The position numbers and the translations under genes were made by a program. This document shows positions 9,636-18,171 of a stretch of DNA of 64,000 nt, piece after piece; position 1 is the stretch's first letter; each line of letters opens with the position of its first letter. The notes under the pieces were generated by a model. It was not told the DNA's origin. It made no database searches and saw only the letters and a list, made by a program, of their open reading frames with translations. Source of the stretch: Paracoccaceae bacterium (GTDB lineage: Bacteria > Pseudomonadota > Alphaproteobacteria > Rhodobacterales > Rhodobacteraceae); assembly GCA_965229765.1 (NCBI GenBank), contig CBDDJT010000003.1, forward strand, positions 967,311-1,031,310, in the 5' to 3' direction.

Positions 9636-11807
9636 CTACCCCGCCCCTTGCGTCTGCACCGGCGCGGTGCGCGCCAGCGCCTGCCTGCGCAACTGCTCCA
9701 GCACCTCGTCCTTCGGCCCGTCGAGGATCTTGCGCCCGCCGTCGATCACCACGAAGCGCGCCGCGCGGTTGGCCAGCGACTGGCGGTGCGTGCACAGCAC
9801 AAGCCCCGTGCCGTCCGCCGTCAGCGCATCGAGCCTTGCCGCCACCCGCGCCTCCATCTCCTGATCCATCGCGCTGGTGGGCTCGTCCAGGAACAACAGC
9901 CGCGGCGCCCGCAGGATCAGCCGCGCCAGCGACAACCCCTGCCGCTGCCCGCCCGACAGGCGGCTGCCCTTTTCGCCCACGAAGGTCTCCAGCCCGTCGG
10001 GCATCGCCGCCACGGCGGCATCCATCCCCGACAGGTAAAGCGCGCGCTCGATCTCGGCGGGCCGCGCGTGCGGGCGGCCCAGGATCAGGTTCTCGCGGAT
10101 CGTCCCGGTGAAAAGCTCGGAATCCTGCGGCAGATAGCCGATCCCAGCGCGCAGTTCCGCCGGGTCGTACTGCCCGATGGCGTGCCCGTCGATCAGGATC
10201 TGGCCCTTCTCGGCCACCAGCAGCCCCGCCAGCAGCCGCCCCAGCGTCGTCTTGCCCGATCCCACCCGGCCCAGAAGCGCCACCGCCTCTCCGGGCTCGA
10301 TGGTCAGGGTCAGCCCGTCCAGCGCCGGTTTCGGCGCGTCGGGGTAGGCAAAGCTGACGCCCTCGACCGACACCCGCGCAGCGCGCACCCGCAGCCCGCT
10401 TTTCACCGCCCCCGCGCGTTCCGGCTCCAGCGCCATGAAGCGTGTCAGCGCCCCCATCGCCTTGGCGGCGTATTGCGCGCGAAAGATCGTCTGCGCGATG
10501 GTCCCCAGCGGCGACAGCACCCGCCCCGCCAGAAGGTTCGCCGCGATCAGCGCGCCCACCGTGATCGCCCCATCGGCCACAAGAAACACGCCCCAGACGA
10601 TGATCGCCACGCTGACCGCCTGCGTCACCAGCCCCGCGCCATTGGCCGCAAGCGACGACCAGAACCGGCTTTGCCCGTTCACCCGGGACGAGGCCGCGAC
10701 CGCGCGCTCCCATTCGCGCTGCATCGCGGGTTCGGCGTTCAGGCTCTTGACCGTCTCGATCCCCAGAAGCGTTTCCACCAGCACCACGTGCCGCTTGCCC
10801 GACATCTGCTGCGCCTTGGCCGCCGCCCGCCCCAGCGGCAACTGCGCCAGAAAGGCAAGGATCAGCACCACCGGCACCGCCACCAGCGGCACCAGCGCCA
10901 GATCCCCCACGATCAGCCACAGCATCCCAAGGAAGACCCCGATGAACATCAGGTCGATCAATGACACGAAACTGGCCGAGGCGAAGAATTCGCGCACCGC
11001 GTCGAAATCGCGGATATGGCTCGCGATGCCCGCCGCGCCGCCCGGACGGTTCAGGATCGGCAGCGCCATCGCCTGCCGGAAGAGGGTCGAGGCCACCTGC
11101 GTGTCCACCCTCCGCGAGATGCGCTCCAGCACATGCGCCCGCACAGCGCGCATGAGCAGATCCAGCCCGATGGCGATGGCCACCCCCAGCGCCAGCGTCC
11201 ACAGCGTCACGAAGGCAAGGTTGGGGATCACCCGGTCGTAGACGTTCATCACGAACAGGGGCAGCGCCAGCATCAGCAGGTTGATCGCCAGCGCGGCAAG
11301 GATCACCTGCACCCAGCCGCCCCAGTTGGCCCGCACCGCGCCCCAGAACCAGTATGCGGGACGTTGGCCGGCGGCCCGCGCCTCGGGCGACAGGCGGCTT
11401 TCGGCGGGGTCGCCCTCTGGCGCGACCAGCAGCGCCTCGCGCCGCACGCGGCGGTTCAGGTCGCGGCGGCGGATCTCGCGCTCCAGCGGCCCCTCGGCGG
11501 GATCGATCACCCGGCACACGCCCGCGCGCCGGTCGATGCCCGTCAGGATCAGCGGCCCGCCCTTCCGGGTGAACAGCACGCAAGGCAGCACGGCGGGATC
11601 CAGCGTCGTCACCCGGCGCAGCACGAGGCGGGACGCCAGCCCCACCTCGGCCAGCCCGCGCGCGACAAGCGCGGGATCGGTCCCGTCAAATCCCTGCGGC
11701 AACCCGCCCAGCACGGCGGCGGCGGAAAACGGGCGCTGATGATGGTCGGCCAGCCAGCGGACCACAGCGATCCCGGCCTCTTCCTGCGGGGGCCCGTCCC
11801 CCTTCAA
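9636..11807 (-). CDS. Type I secretion system ABC transporter permease/ATPase with an N-terminal C39-like cytoplasmic domain (LssB/LapB-like)
   Basis: The six-TM exporter core is followed by Walker A GRVGSGKTTL, signature LSGGQRQ and Walker B LLFLDEPTSAMD. About 150 aa of N-terminal extra domain precede the first TM. The track start is TTG 11807 with no clear RBS, so the start is uncertain (GTG 11765 is an alternative). Confidence 0.85.
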   Translation of the reverse strand: MKGDGPPQEEAGIAVVRWLADHHQRPFSAAAVLGGLPQGFDGTDPALVARGLAEVGLASRLVLRRVTTLDPAVLPCVLFTRKGGPLILTGIDRRAGVCRVIDPAEGPLEREIRRRDLNRRVRREALLVAPEGDPAESRLSPEARAAGQRPAYWFWGAVRANWGGWVQVILAALAINLLMLALPLFVMNVYDRVIPNLAFVTLWTLALGVAIAIGLDLLMRAVRAHVLERISRRVDTQVASTLFRQAMALPILNRPGGAAGIASHIRDFDAVREFFASASFVSLIDLMFIGVFLGMLWLIVGDLALVPLVAVPVVLILAFLAQLPLGRAAAKAQQMSGKRHVVLVETLLGIETVKSLNAEPAMQREWERAVAASSRVNGQSRFWSSLAANGAGLVTQAVSVAIIVWGVFLVADGAITVGALIAANLLAGRVLSPLGTIAQTIFRAQYAAKAMGALTRFMALEPERAGAVKSGLRVRAARVSVEGVSFAYPDAPKPALDGLTLTIEPGEAVALLGRVGSGKTTLGRLLAGLLVAEKGQILIDGHAIGQYDPAELRAGIGYLPQDSELFTGTIRENLILGRPHARPAEIERALYLSGMDAAVAAMPDGLETFVGEKGSRLSGGQRQGLSLARLILRAPRLLFLDEPTSAMDQEMEARVAARLDALTADGTGLVLCTHRQSLANRAARFVVIDGGRKILDGPKDEVLEQLRRQALARTAPVQTQGAG

Positions 11808-11852
11808 CGGGACGGGCGGGCACGCCCGTGGCGGAAGGGCCCGGAACCCGTG

Positions 11853-13268
11853 TCATTCCAGTGCCGGAATGTCCGTGCGGAATATCGCGGCGGGATTGCC
11901 CTTGGCGCGGTCCTGGAACGTTGGATCAAGCGGGATTTCCGCGGGCTGGATGCCGAAATGCGATGCCAGACGGCTTTGCGCGGCCAGAAGCTTGTAGCGG
12001 CTGAACGATAGGCTCGCATCCGCGCTGACATCCTGAAAGCGCACGTTGTAATAGCTGCGCTCGGCCGACAGAAGATCCAGCAGGCTCCGCGTGCCCGCCT
12101 CGAACTGGTCCTTGTACTGCTCTACGATCTGGCGGCTGGCGTGCAGCTGCCGGTCGATCAGCTGCACCCGCGCAAGGTTGGTCTGATGGCTGTTCCACGC
12201 CCGCGCGGCCAGCTCCTGCACGTCGCGCACCACCTCGTCGCGCTCGGCCATCGCCTCGCGCGTGCGCTGGGTATAGGCCACCCGGCGCGGCTGACGACCG
12301 CCGGTAAAGAACTCCCACCGGAACTGGAGCCCGACGAACGCATCGGTCTCGGAGCCCGAGTTGCCGCCCTGGTTGGTGCCATAGGTGACGCCCGCGCGCA
12401 GCTTGACCTCTGGCAGAAGGTCGGCCTCGCCGATCCCCTGCTCGTAATAGGTCCGCCGCACCAGCGTGTTGGCATAGCGCACCTGATAGCTGTTCTCGAC
12501 GGCCTTCACCGTCAGCACCTGCAACGAATTGGGCAGCCCCGTGACATGCGGCACCGCCATGCCGCCGTGCGGCGCGTGACCGATCACCGCCTCATAGCGC
12601 GCCACGGCATCGGCCAGCGCGCGTTCCACGTCCAGCAGGGCCAGGCGCGCCGCCAGCGTGCGCTCGTCGATGGTGAACCCGTCCGCGGCGGGCAGGCGCC
12701 CGCCTGCCACAAGGTCTTTCACCTGCCGCCCGATCTCGTGGTGGCGCGCAAGGTTCTGCGCCATCACGCTGCGCAGGTACCGGTGGCGCATCACGTCGAT
12801 GTAGGCCTCGACCGCGTTCAGCGCCATCGTCTCGGACGCATCCAGCAGCCGGAAGATCGCGCCATCCACCTGCGCCGCGCCCCGGTAGACGAGGTTGGCG
12901 CGCCGGTAGCCGTCGAAGATGGTGTACTCCGCCGCGATCCCCACCTCGGCGGTCAGCCGGGTCTGGCCGTTGTTGGCCGCCGACAGCCGCCCCGGGGCAT
13001 CGACGTAATTGGCGCCCGCGTCGCCGAACAGCGACAGCGTCGGCAGGAACTCTCCCTGAAGCGACAGTAGCTCGAACGCGCTGGCCTGCACATCGGCGTT
13101 CGCGGCCCGCTGCGCCGGGTTCTGCGTGACGGCCGCGCGCACCGCATCGACAAGGGGTTCCGCCGCCGCCCCCCCTGCGCCCAGAAAAAGCGCCATCACA
13201 GCGCCCAGCATACCCGTCCGTCGCCCCCCAAGGCGGCAGTCACCCGTCATTATCACCGGCAGCACCAT
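11853..13268 (-). CDS. TolC-family outer membrane efflux/secretion protein
   Basis: It has a signal-like N-terminus (MLGAVMALFLGAGGAAA) and a two-fold internal repeat OEP architecture of typical length (~470 aa). It sits directly upstream of the T1SS ABC and HlyD genes. Confidence 0.8.
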   Translation of the reverse strand: MVLPVIMTGDCRLGGRRTGMLGAVMALFLGAGGAAAEPLVDAVRAAVTQNPAQRAANADVQASAFELLSLQGEFLPTLSLFGDAGANYVDAPGRLSAANNGQTRLTAEVGIAAEYTIFDGYRRANLVYRGAAQVDGAIFRLLDASETMALNAVEAYIDVMRHRYLRSVMAQNLARHHEIGRQVKDLVAGGRLPAADGFTIDERTLAARLALLDVERALADAVARYEAVIGHAPHGGMAVPHVTGLPNSLQVLTVKAVENSYQVRYANTLVRRTYYEQGIGEADLLPEVKLRAGVTYGTNQGGNSGSETDAFVGLQFRWEFFTGGRQPRRVAYTQRTREAMAERDEVVRDVQELAARAWNSHQTNLARVQLIDRQLHASRQIVEQYKDQFEAGTRSLLDLLSAERSYYNVRFQDVSADASLSFSRYKLLAAQSRLASHFGIQPAEIPLDPTFQDRAKGNPAAIFRTDIPALE

Positions 13269-13385
13269 CCCGAAATTTGAACGCCCCGGCAGCAGGGGCG
13301 CGTTAAAACCCTTTGGAAGTTAACGGATATGTGCGCCATGACAACCGTGCGCAGACATCCTGGCCGGGATTCATCCACAGCGTGG

Positions 13386-13769
13386 CTAGGTTGCATACCC
13401 CGCCACGGCGGCAAGGATCAGAACATAGGTCACCTGGTGCGCGAACTGGTCGGCGCCCATGGCGATCCAGTAGCCCTGCCGCTCTGGCGTCAGGTGCAGC
13501 AGACGGCCGATCTGCACCTTTGACCAGTCGATATGGTAGTGCAGCACCACCTCTGCCACCACAACTGCCGCCACCACGGTCATCGACACCGGCGCAAGCA
13601 GAAGCACGGGAACCGTGCAAAGCCCGTGAACCCCGGCATGCAAAAGGCCACCGGGATGCCCGTAGCGGCCCTTGTTGCGCACCATCCAGCCGCTCTGGAA
13701 CAGGTAGTCGGCGGCCAGGTGCTTGATCTGGAACAGCATGAGAAGCCACAGAATCGTGCCGGCGCTCAT
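13386..13769 (-). CDS. DUF3307-family small membrane protein
   Basis: FQIKHLAADYLFQ is a DUF3307-type motif as I recall it. The protein is hydrophobic and 127 aa long. Its start overlaps the stop of the upstream cNMP-binding gene by 4 nt. Confidence 0.6.
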   Translation of the reverse strand: MSAGTILWLLMLFQIKHLAADYLFQSGWMVRNKGRYGHPGGLLHAGVHGLCTVPVLLLAPVSMTVVAAVVVAEVVLHYHIDWSKVQIGRLLHLTPERQGYWIAMGADQFAHQVTYVLILAAVAGYAT

Positions 13770-14470
13770 GGCGATTCGCCCGTACGGGCCAAACGTGCAT
13801 TGGCTTCGATCAGCTTGCGGCGGGTCGCCGTGCTCAGGCTTTGCTCAAGAAACAGGCGGAATTCTCCATCGTTGCGGCAGATACGCCGCAATGTATCCCC
13901 GGGTACTGTAAAGACCCGCGCGCCTGATTCGACAATGACACTTGCCGACGCAGGGCCCGCTTCAAGGACATTCATCTCGCCAACCATGCCGCGCGCGATC
14001 TCGGCGACCTTGGCGCCACCGGCCACCACCCGCGCCGAGCCCGAGGCCACGTAGTGCAGATGCGTCACCGGCTCGCCCTCTTCGGTCAGCACCACACCGT
14101 CGCGTACATCGCGCCATGTCCCGGCATCCAGCAGCCGCCGCGCGGCGGTCTTGGGATAATGCGGCAGCGCGTCGTTCAGGAACGCCGTCTCCTCGGCGTT
14201 GAACCGCACCCTGTGCCGCAGCCAGAAGATCCGCGCGATCCCGATGATGCTGATGACGATCCAGAAGATCTGGATGATGGCCGCAGACAGGTTGAACGAC
14301 GTGGGCAGGCTGATCAGCACCAGAGTGGCGGCAATCAGGTTGAGCAAGGCATAGGTGTAGGAAGAGCCCCGGATCAGGCCGCCTTGAAGGGCGGCATAGG
14401 ACCCGATGTAGAACGCGACACCGGCAAATCCGACCCAGTCAAGAAGGCCAGAGGCGTAGAACGCCGACAT
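13766..14470 (-). CDS. Membrane-anchored cyclic-nucleotide-binding (CAP_ED-like) protein
   Basis: The N-terminal ~95 aa form three hydrophobic helices (WVGFAGVAFYIGSYAAL, YALLNLIAATLVLISL, AAIIQIFWIVISIIGIARIFW). The C-terminal half has the cNMP-binding beta-roll pattern (VLTEEGEPVTHLHYVASGSARVV...GMVGEMNVLEAGPASASVIVESGARVF). I prefer ATG 14470 (GGGGGG 6 nt upstream) over the track's GTG 14491. Confidence 0.7.
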   Translation of the reverse strand: MSAFYASGLLDWVGFAGVAFYIGSYAALQGGLIRGSSYTYALLNLIAATLVLISLPTSFNLSAAIIQIFWIVISIIGIARIFWLRHRVRFNAEETAFLNDALPHYPKTAARRLLDAGTWRDVRDGVVLTEEGEPVTHLHYVASGSARVVAGGAKVAEIARGMVGEMNVLEAGPASASVIVESGARVFTVPGDTLRRICRNDGEFRLFLEQSLSTATRRKLIEANARLARTGESP

Positions 14471-14502
14471 GAAAGACCCCCCCACACACACGCTTCACAC
14501 TC

Positions 14503-15846
14503 ATGGCCGAGCCGTTGCTAGGGAAAAGCCGGCCGTGGTTCAAGTCCGGCACCGACACTCCGTTGTCTTGTTGCGTCGCCGCGAATAGACACGCAGGCGA
14601 CCCTACGGAGACCCCCCGCTTGCCCCAGACCTCCAGCACCGCGACGCCCCTCGCGCAGTCCGCCCCGCGCACCGACTGGGCGCTTGTGGTCACCGCGGTT
14701 GTCGGTGGTGTTGTCGCCGCACTTTTCGTGGGCAAGGTGCCCCCGGCCCTGCCCGCGATCCGCGCCGACCTCGGGCTAAGCCTCGTCGCCGGCGGTTTCG
14801 TGGTGTCCATGTTCAGCGGGCTGGGGATGCTACTGGCCGCCGCGGTCGGAACGCTGGCCGACCGGCTGGGACGGCGGCGGCTGGTGACGGCCGGATTCTC
14901 CTGTCTGGTGGTGGGCGGCCTCCTCGGCGCGCTGGCGGGCGGATTGCCGGCGCTGCTGGTGTCGCGCTTTCTCGAAGGCGTGGGCTTCATCGCCGTGGGC
15001 ACCGCCCTTCCCGCCGTCGTCGCGGCGGCCGCGCTGTCATCCGACCGCCCGCTCGCGATCACGCTGTGGAGCCTGTATACCCCCGGCGGCATGACGCTGG
15101 CGATCCTTCTCGCGCCGCTTGTCATCGGCGCATCCGGCTGGCGCATGTTCTGGCTGGTCATCACCCTCGTGGCGCTGCTGGCGGGACTCGCCGTCATCCG
15201 CGCCATGGGACGCGTCCGGATGCCCGCACCGCCAGCGGGCCGCCCGTCCACCGTGATCCGCGAAACGCTGGCGCATCCGCCGCTTCTGATGCTGGCGCTG
15301 TGCTTCGGGACCTATGCGCTCAACTGGGTCAGCCTGATGGTCTGGCTGCCAACCTTCCTGTCAGACGCCTTCGCGGCGGGTCTGGGGCGCGCCTCGGTCT
15401 TCACCGCGCTCGTGGTGATGGGGAACCTGCCCGGCATCCTGCTCGGCGGCTGGCTGGTCAGGCGCGGCGTCGGGCTGCTGACGCTCGTGACCCTTGCCAA
15501 CGCCGTCATGGTGCTTTGCGTCCTCGGCATCTTTCCCGACGTCCTGCCGCCGGCGGCGCGGCTTGCCCTGTGCGTGCTGTTCTCGCTGGCCGGCGGGCTG
15601 ATCCCCGCCGTGCTCTTCAACGCGGTGCCGCGCTATGCCCGCAGCGCCGGGCACCTCGCGGCGGCGAACGGAATGCTCATGCAGGGCTCGGCGATGGGTC
15701 AGTTCATCGGTGCGCCCATCGTCGCCGCCTCGGTCTCTGCGGCGGGCGGCGCCTGGACCGGCGCCATAACCCCCATGGTCGTCGCCGCGGCGGTGTCGTT
15801 CGCGTCCGGCTGGGCGCTGTCGCGCCAGCCTCCCACCGCGGTCTGA
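14503..15846 (+). CDS. MFS transporter
   Basis: The profile is multi-TM with the MFS loop motif GTLADRLGRRRL. The N-terminal ~40 codons of the track ORF look non-membrane, so the real start may be later (for example TTG 14620). Confidence 0.75.
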   Translation: MAEPLLGKSRPWFKSGTDTPLSCCVAANRHAGDPTETPRLPQTSSTATPLAQSAPRTDWALVVTAVVGGVVAALFVGKVPPALPAIRADLGLSLVAGGFVVSMFSGLGMLLAAAVGTLADRLGRRRLVTAGFSCLVVGGLLGALAGGLPALLVSRFLEGVGFIAVGTALPAVVAAAALSSDRPLAITLWSLYTPGGMTLAILLAPLVIGASGWRMFWLVITLVALLAGLAVIRAMGRVRMPAPPAGRPSTVIRETLAHPPLLMLALCFGTYALNWVSLMVWLPTFLSDAFAAGLGRASVFTALVVMGNLPGILLGGWLVRRGVGLLTLVTLANAVMVLCVLGIFPDVLPPAARLALCVLFSLAGGLIPAVLFNAVPRYARSAGHLAAANGMLMQGSAMGQFIGAPIVAASVSAAGGAWTGAITPMVVAAAVSFASGWALSRQPPTAV

Positions 15847-15856
15847 CCGCCGCCGC

Positions 15857-16942
15857 TCAGGCCAGCACCGCGATCTTGCCCACGTGGTGCTTTTCCAGAA
15901 ACGCCGTCTGCGCCGCGTGCAGCTCGCGCAGGGGCCATGTCGCGGCCAGAAGCGGCCGGATCTCGGCCCGCTCGATATAGCCCACCACGTCGCCGAACAC
16001 ATGCTGCGGCACGATGGTGGACCCGGTGAAGGTCAGGTCGTTGAGGTAGAAGGTCCGCAGGTCCAACTCCACGATGGGCCCGGCGATCGCGCCAGAGCAG
16101 GTATAACGCCCGCCCCGTGCCAAAGCCTCGATCACCTGCGGGAAATACGGCCCGCCGACGATATCGGCCACCACCGTCACGCTGTCGCGCCCGATGGCCT
16201 GCCGCAGGGCGGCGCGCAGGTCGCCGGGCGCGCGCGGCAGCAGCGCATCCGCCCCCAGGGGCGCCAGCGCCGCGTGCTTGTCCGGCGAGGCCATGCCGAC
16301 CACCACCGCACCGCGCCGCTTGGCCAGCTGCACCAGCGCCGATCCCACACCGCCCGACGCGCCCGTCACCAGCACCACGTCGCCCGCCACAGCGCCAGCG
16401 CGCGACAGCATCCCCTCTGCCGTGGTGTAAGAGCACGAAAACGTCGCCAGTTCCGCGTCGCTCAGGTCACTGTCCACCGCCGCCACGTTGCGCGCCGGGA
16501 TCACCGTGTATTCCGCGAACCCCCCGTCCATCTCGGACCCGAAATACCGCGCCCGGTCCATGTCCATCGGCGCGGCGGGGTCGCGCACCCAGTTGTCGGT
16601 GATGACGCGCCGCCCGATCAGCGCGGCATCGGCCCCCTCGCCCACCGCCTCGACCACGCCGCAGACATCGGCGCCCTGGATGCGCGGAAATCCCAGGCCC
16701 GAGGCACCCCACGTCCCGTCGCCGTGCAAGTCGGGCGCCGGATCGCTCGTGGTCGGCCCGCGCACCTCCTTGGCGTACCAGCCCGCCCGCGTGTTGACGT
16801 CGGTGTTGTTCAGCCCGCAGGCGCCGACCCGGATCAACACCTCGCCCGGTCCCGGCGCGGGCCTTGGCCAGTCCTCGTGCCAGACCATCTGGTCCATCCC
16901 GCCATGGCCCATCGTCACCATTGCCTTCATCGTGTCCGCCAT
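15857..16942 (-). CDS. Zinc-type alcohol dehydrogenase / quinone oxidoreductase family (MDR superfamily)
   Basis: The GroES-like N-terminus reads GEVLIRVGACGLNNTDVNTRAGWY. The Rossmann motif is VLVTGASGGVGSALVQLAK. Confidence 0.8.
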   Translation of the reverse strand: MADTMKAMVTMGHGGMDQMVWHEDWPRPAPGPGEVLIRVGACGLNNTDVNTRAGWYAKEVRGPTTSDPAPDLHGDGTWGASGLGFPRIQGADVCGVVEAVGEGADAALIGRRVITDNWVRDPAAPMDMDRARYFGSEMDGGFAEYTVIPARNVAAVDSDLSDAELATFSCSYTTAEGMLSRAGAVAGDVVLVTGASGGVGSALVQLAKRRGAVVVGMASPDKHAALAPLGADALLPRAPGDLRAALRQAIGRDSVTVVADIVGGPYFPQVIEALARGGRYTCSGAIAGPIVELDLRTFYLNDLTFTGSTIVPQHVFGDVVGYIERAEIRPLLAATWPLRELHAAQTAFLEKHHVGKIAVLA

Positions 16943-17088
16943 CGCGCCCTCCGCTCTTTCCGCAGGCCCAAGGCTAGGCCCCCCGGCCCCGTCTGGCCAG
17001 AGCCGGGCCGCAAGCCCGCCGCCAAACCCCTTGGGCCGCCCCCCGAATCCGCGCTAAGCAGGGCCGACCCCGCCCGGACGGAGACCGC

Positions 17089-17781
17089 ATGTCCCTCGAC
17101 TACACGCTCTACTACTGGCCGATCCCGTTTCGCGGCCATATCCCCCGCTTCATCCTCGCAGAGGCCGGCGCCGCCTGGGACGAACCCGGCTTCGACGAGA
17201 TGCTCGCGCTCAAGGACGCAGACCCCAAGGACCAGCCGACCCCCTTCATGGGCCCGCCCCTGCTGCACCACCACGCCAGCGACACCTGGCTGTCGCAGAT
17301 GCCCGCCATCGCCATGGCGCTGGGCCGCCGCCACGGGCTTTGCCATGACCCCGACCTCGACCTGCGGCTCGCCTGCGACGCCTCTGACGTCCTGCTCGAG
17401 ATCACCAACAGCCACGGCGCGCAGATGTGGGATCACGACGACTGGACAGCGTTTCGCGCCGACCGCCTGCCGCGCTGGATGCGTATGCATGACCGCATCG
17501 CGGCCCGGGCCGGGGACGGCTGGCTGTCGGGCACCGAAGCGCCCGGGCTGGGCGACCTGAGCCTCGGCGCGCTCTGGCACACCATGGCCGACCGGCTGCC
17601 GCCCCTGCGCGCCGATCTCGACAGCCACGCCCCCGCGCTGGCCGACCTTGCGGACAGGGTCGCCGCGCGCCCCGCCATTGCCGATCTGCGCGCAAGCTGG
17701 GACGACAGCCCATGGCGCTATTGCGCGGGCCAGATCGAAGCCTCGATTCTCGACATGCTGGAAAGGGACGACAGACAATGA
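17089..17781 (+). CDS. Glutathione S-transferase family protein
   Basis: The N-terminus is thioredoxin-like (YTLYYWPIPFRGHIPRFILAEAG) and the C-terminal domain is helical. GGAGA lies upstream of the ATG. The stop overlaps the next start (ATGA). Confidence 0.6.
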   Translation: MSLDYTLYYWPIPFRGHIPRFILAEAGAAWDEPGFDEMLALKDADPKDQPTPFMGPPLLHHHASDTWLSQMPAIAMALGRRHGLCHDPDLDLRLACDASDVLLEITNSHGAQMWDHDDWTAFRADRLPRWMRMHDRIAARAGDGWLSGTEAPGLGDLSLGALWHTMADRLPPLRADLDSHAPALADLADRVAARPAIADLRASWDDSPWRYCAGQIEASILDMLERDDRQ

Positions 17782-18164
17782 GCATCTTCGACGAGGACCT
17801 GTTCCTCAAGGGACTGGAACAGCGCAAGGCCACGGTGGGCGCCGACTATGTCGAGAAGAACCTCGCCGAGGCCGACGACTTCTCGCGCCCGTTTCAAGAG
17901 GCGATGACCGCATGGTGCTGGGGCTTCGGCTGGGGCGACGACGTGATCGACGCCAAGACCCGCAGCATGATGAACCTCGCCATGATCGGCGCGCTGGGCA
18001 AGATGACCGAATGGGAAATCCACTGCCGGGGCGCGATCCGCAACGGCGTTACCCAGGACGAGATCCGCGCCATCATCCACGTGGTCGCGATCTACTGCGG
18101 CGTGCCGCAGGGACTGGAATGCTTCCGTGCCGCCCGCCGCGTGCTGGCCGAACACGCAGACTGA
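17778..18164 (+). CDS. Carboxymuconolactone decarboxylase (CMD/AhpD-like) family protein
   Basis: MSIFDEDLFLKGLEQRKATVGADYVEKN...AMIGALGKMTEWEIHCRGAIRNGVTQDEIRAIIHVVAIYCGVPQGLE is typical of gamma-CMD. The internal ATG 17778 was chosen because of its ATGA overlap with the GST stop. Confidence 0.8.
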   Translation: MSIFDEDLFLKGLEQRKATVGADYVEKNLAEADDFSRPFQEAMTAWCWGFGWGDDVIDAKTRSMMNLAMIGALGKMTEWEIHCRGAIRNGVTQDEIRAIIHVVAIYCGVPQGLECFRAARRVLAEHAD

Positions 18165-18171
18165 CCGCCAC

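Noticed and set aside
9298-11583. Long alternative-frame ORFs over the T1SS genes (9298..11583 on the minus strand; 9426..10964, 8575..9864 and 11016..12011 on the plus strand)
   Set aside because: These are shadow ORFs. The Walker, signature and TM motifs are found only in 9636..11807 and 8310..9632.
6171-14470. A Pycsar/CBASS-like anti-phage cyclic-nucleotide system (cyclase plus a TM effector with a cNMP-binding domain)
   Set aside because: The cyclase is a large CHASE2 membrane sensor with the ordinary ATP-specifying Lys/Asp pair. It is 5.5 kb from the cNMP-binding gene and on the opposite strand, with a full T1SS in between. Known Pycsar pairs are compact two-gene operons with small cytosolic cyclases. 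A signalling role is more parsimonious.
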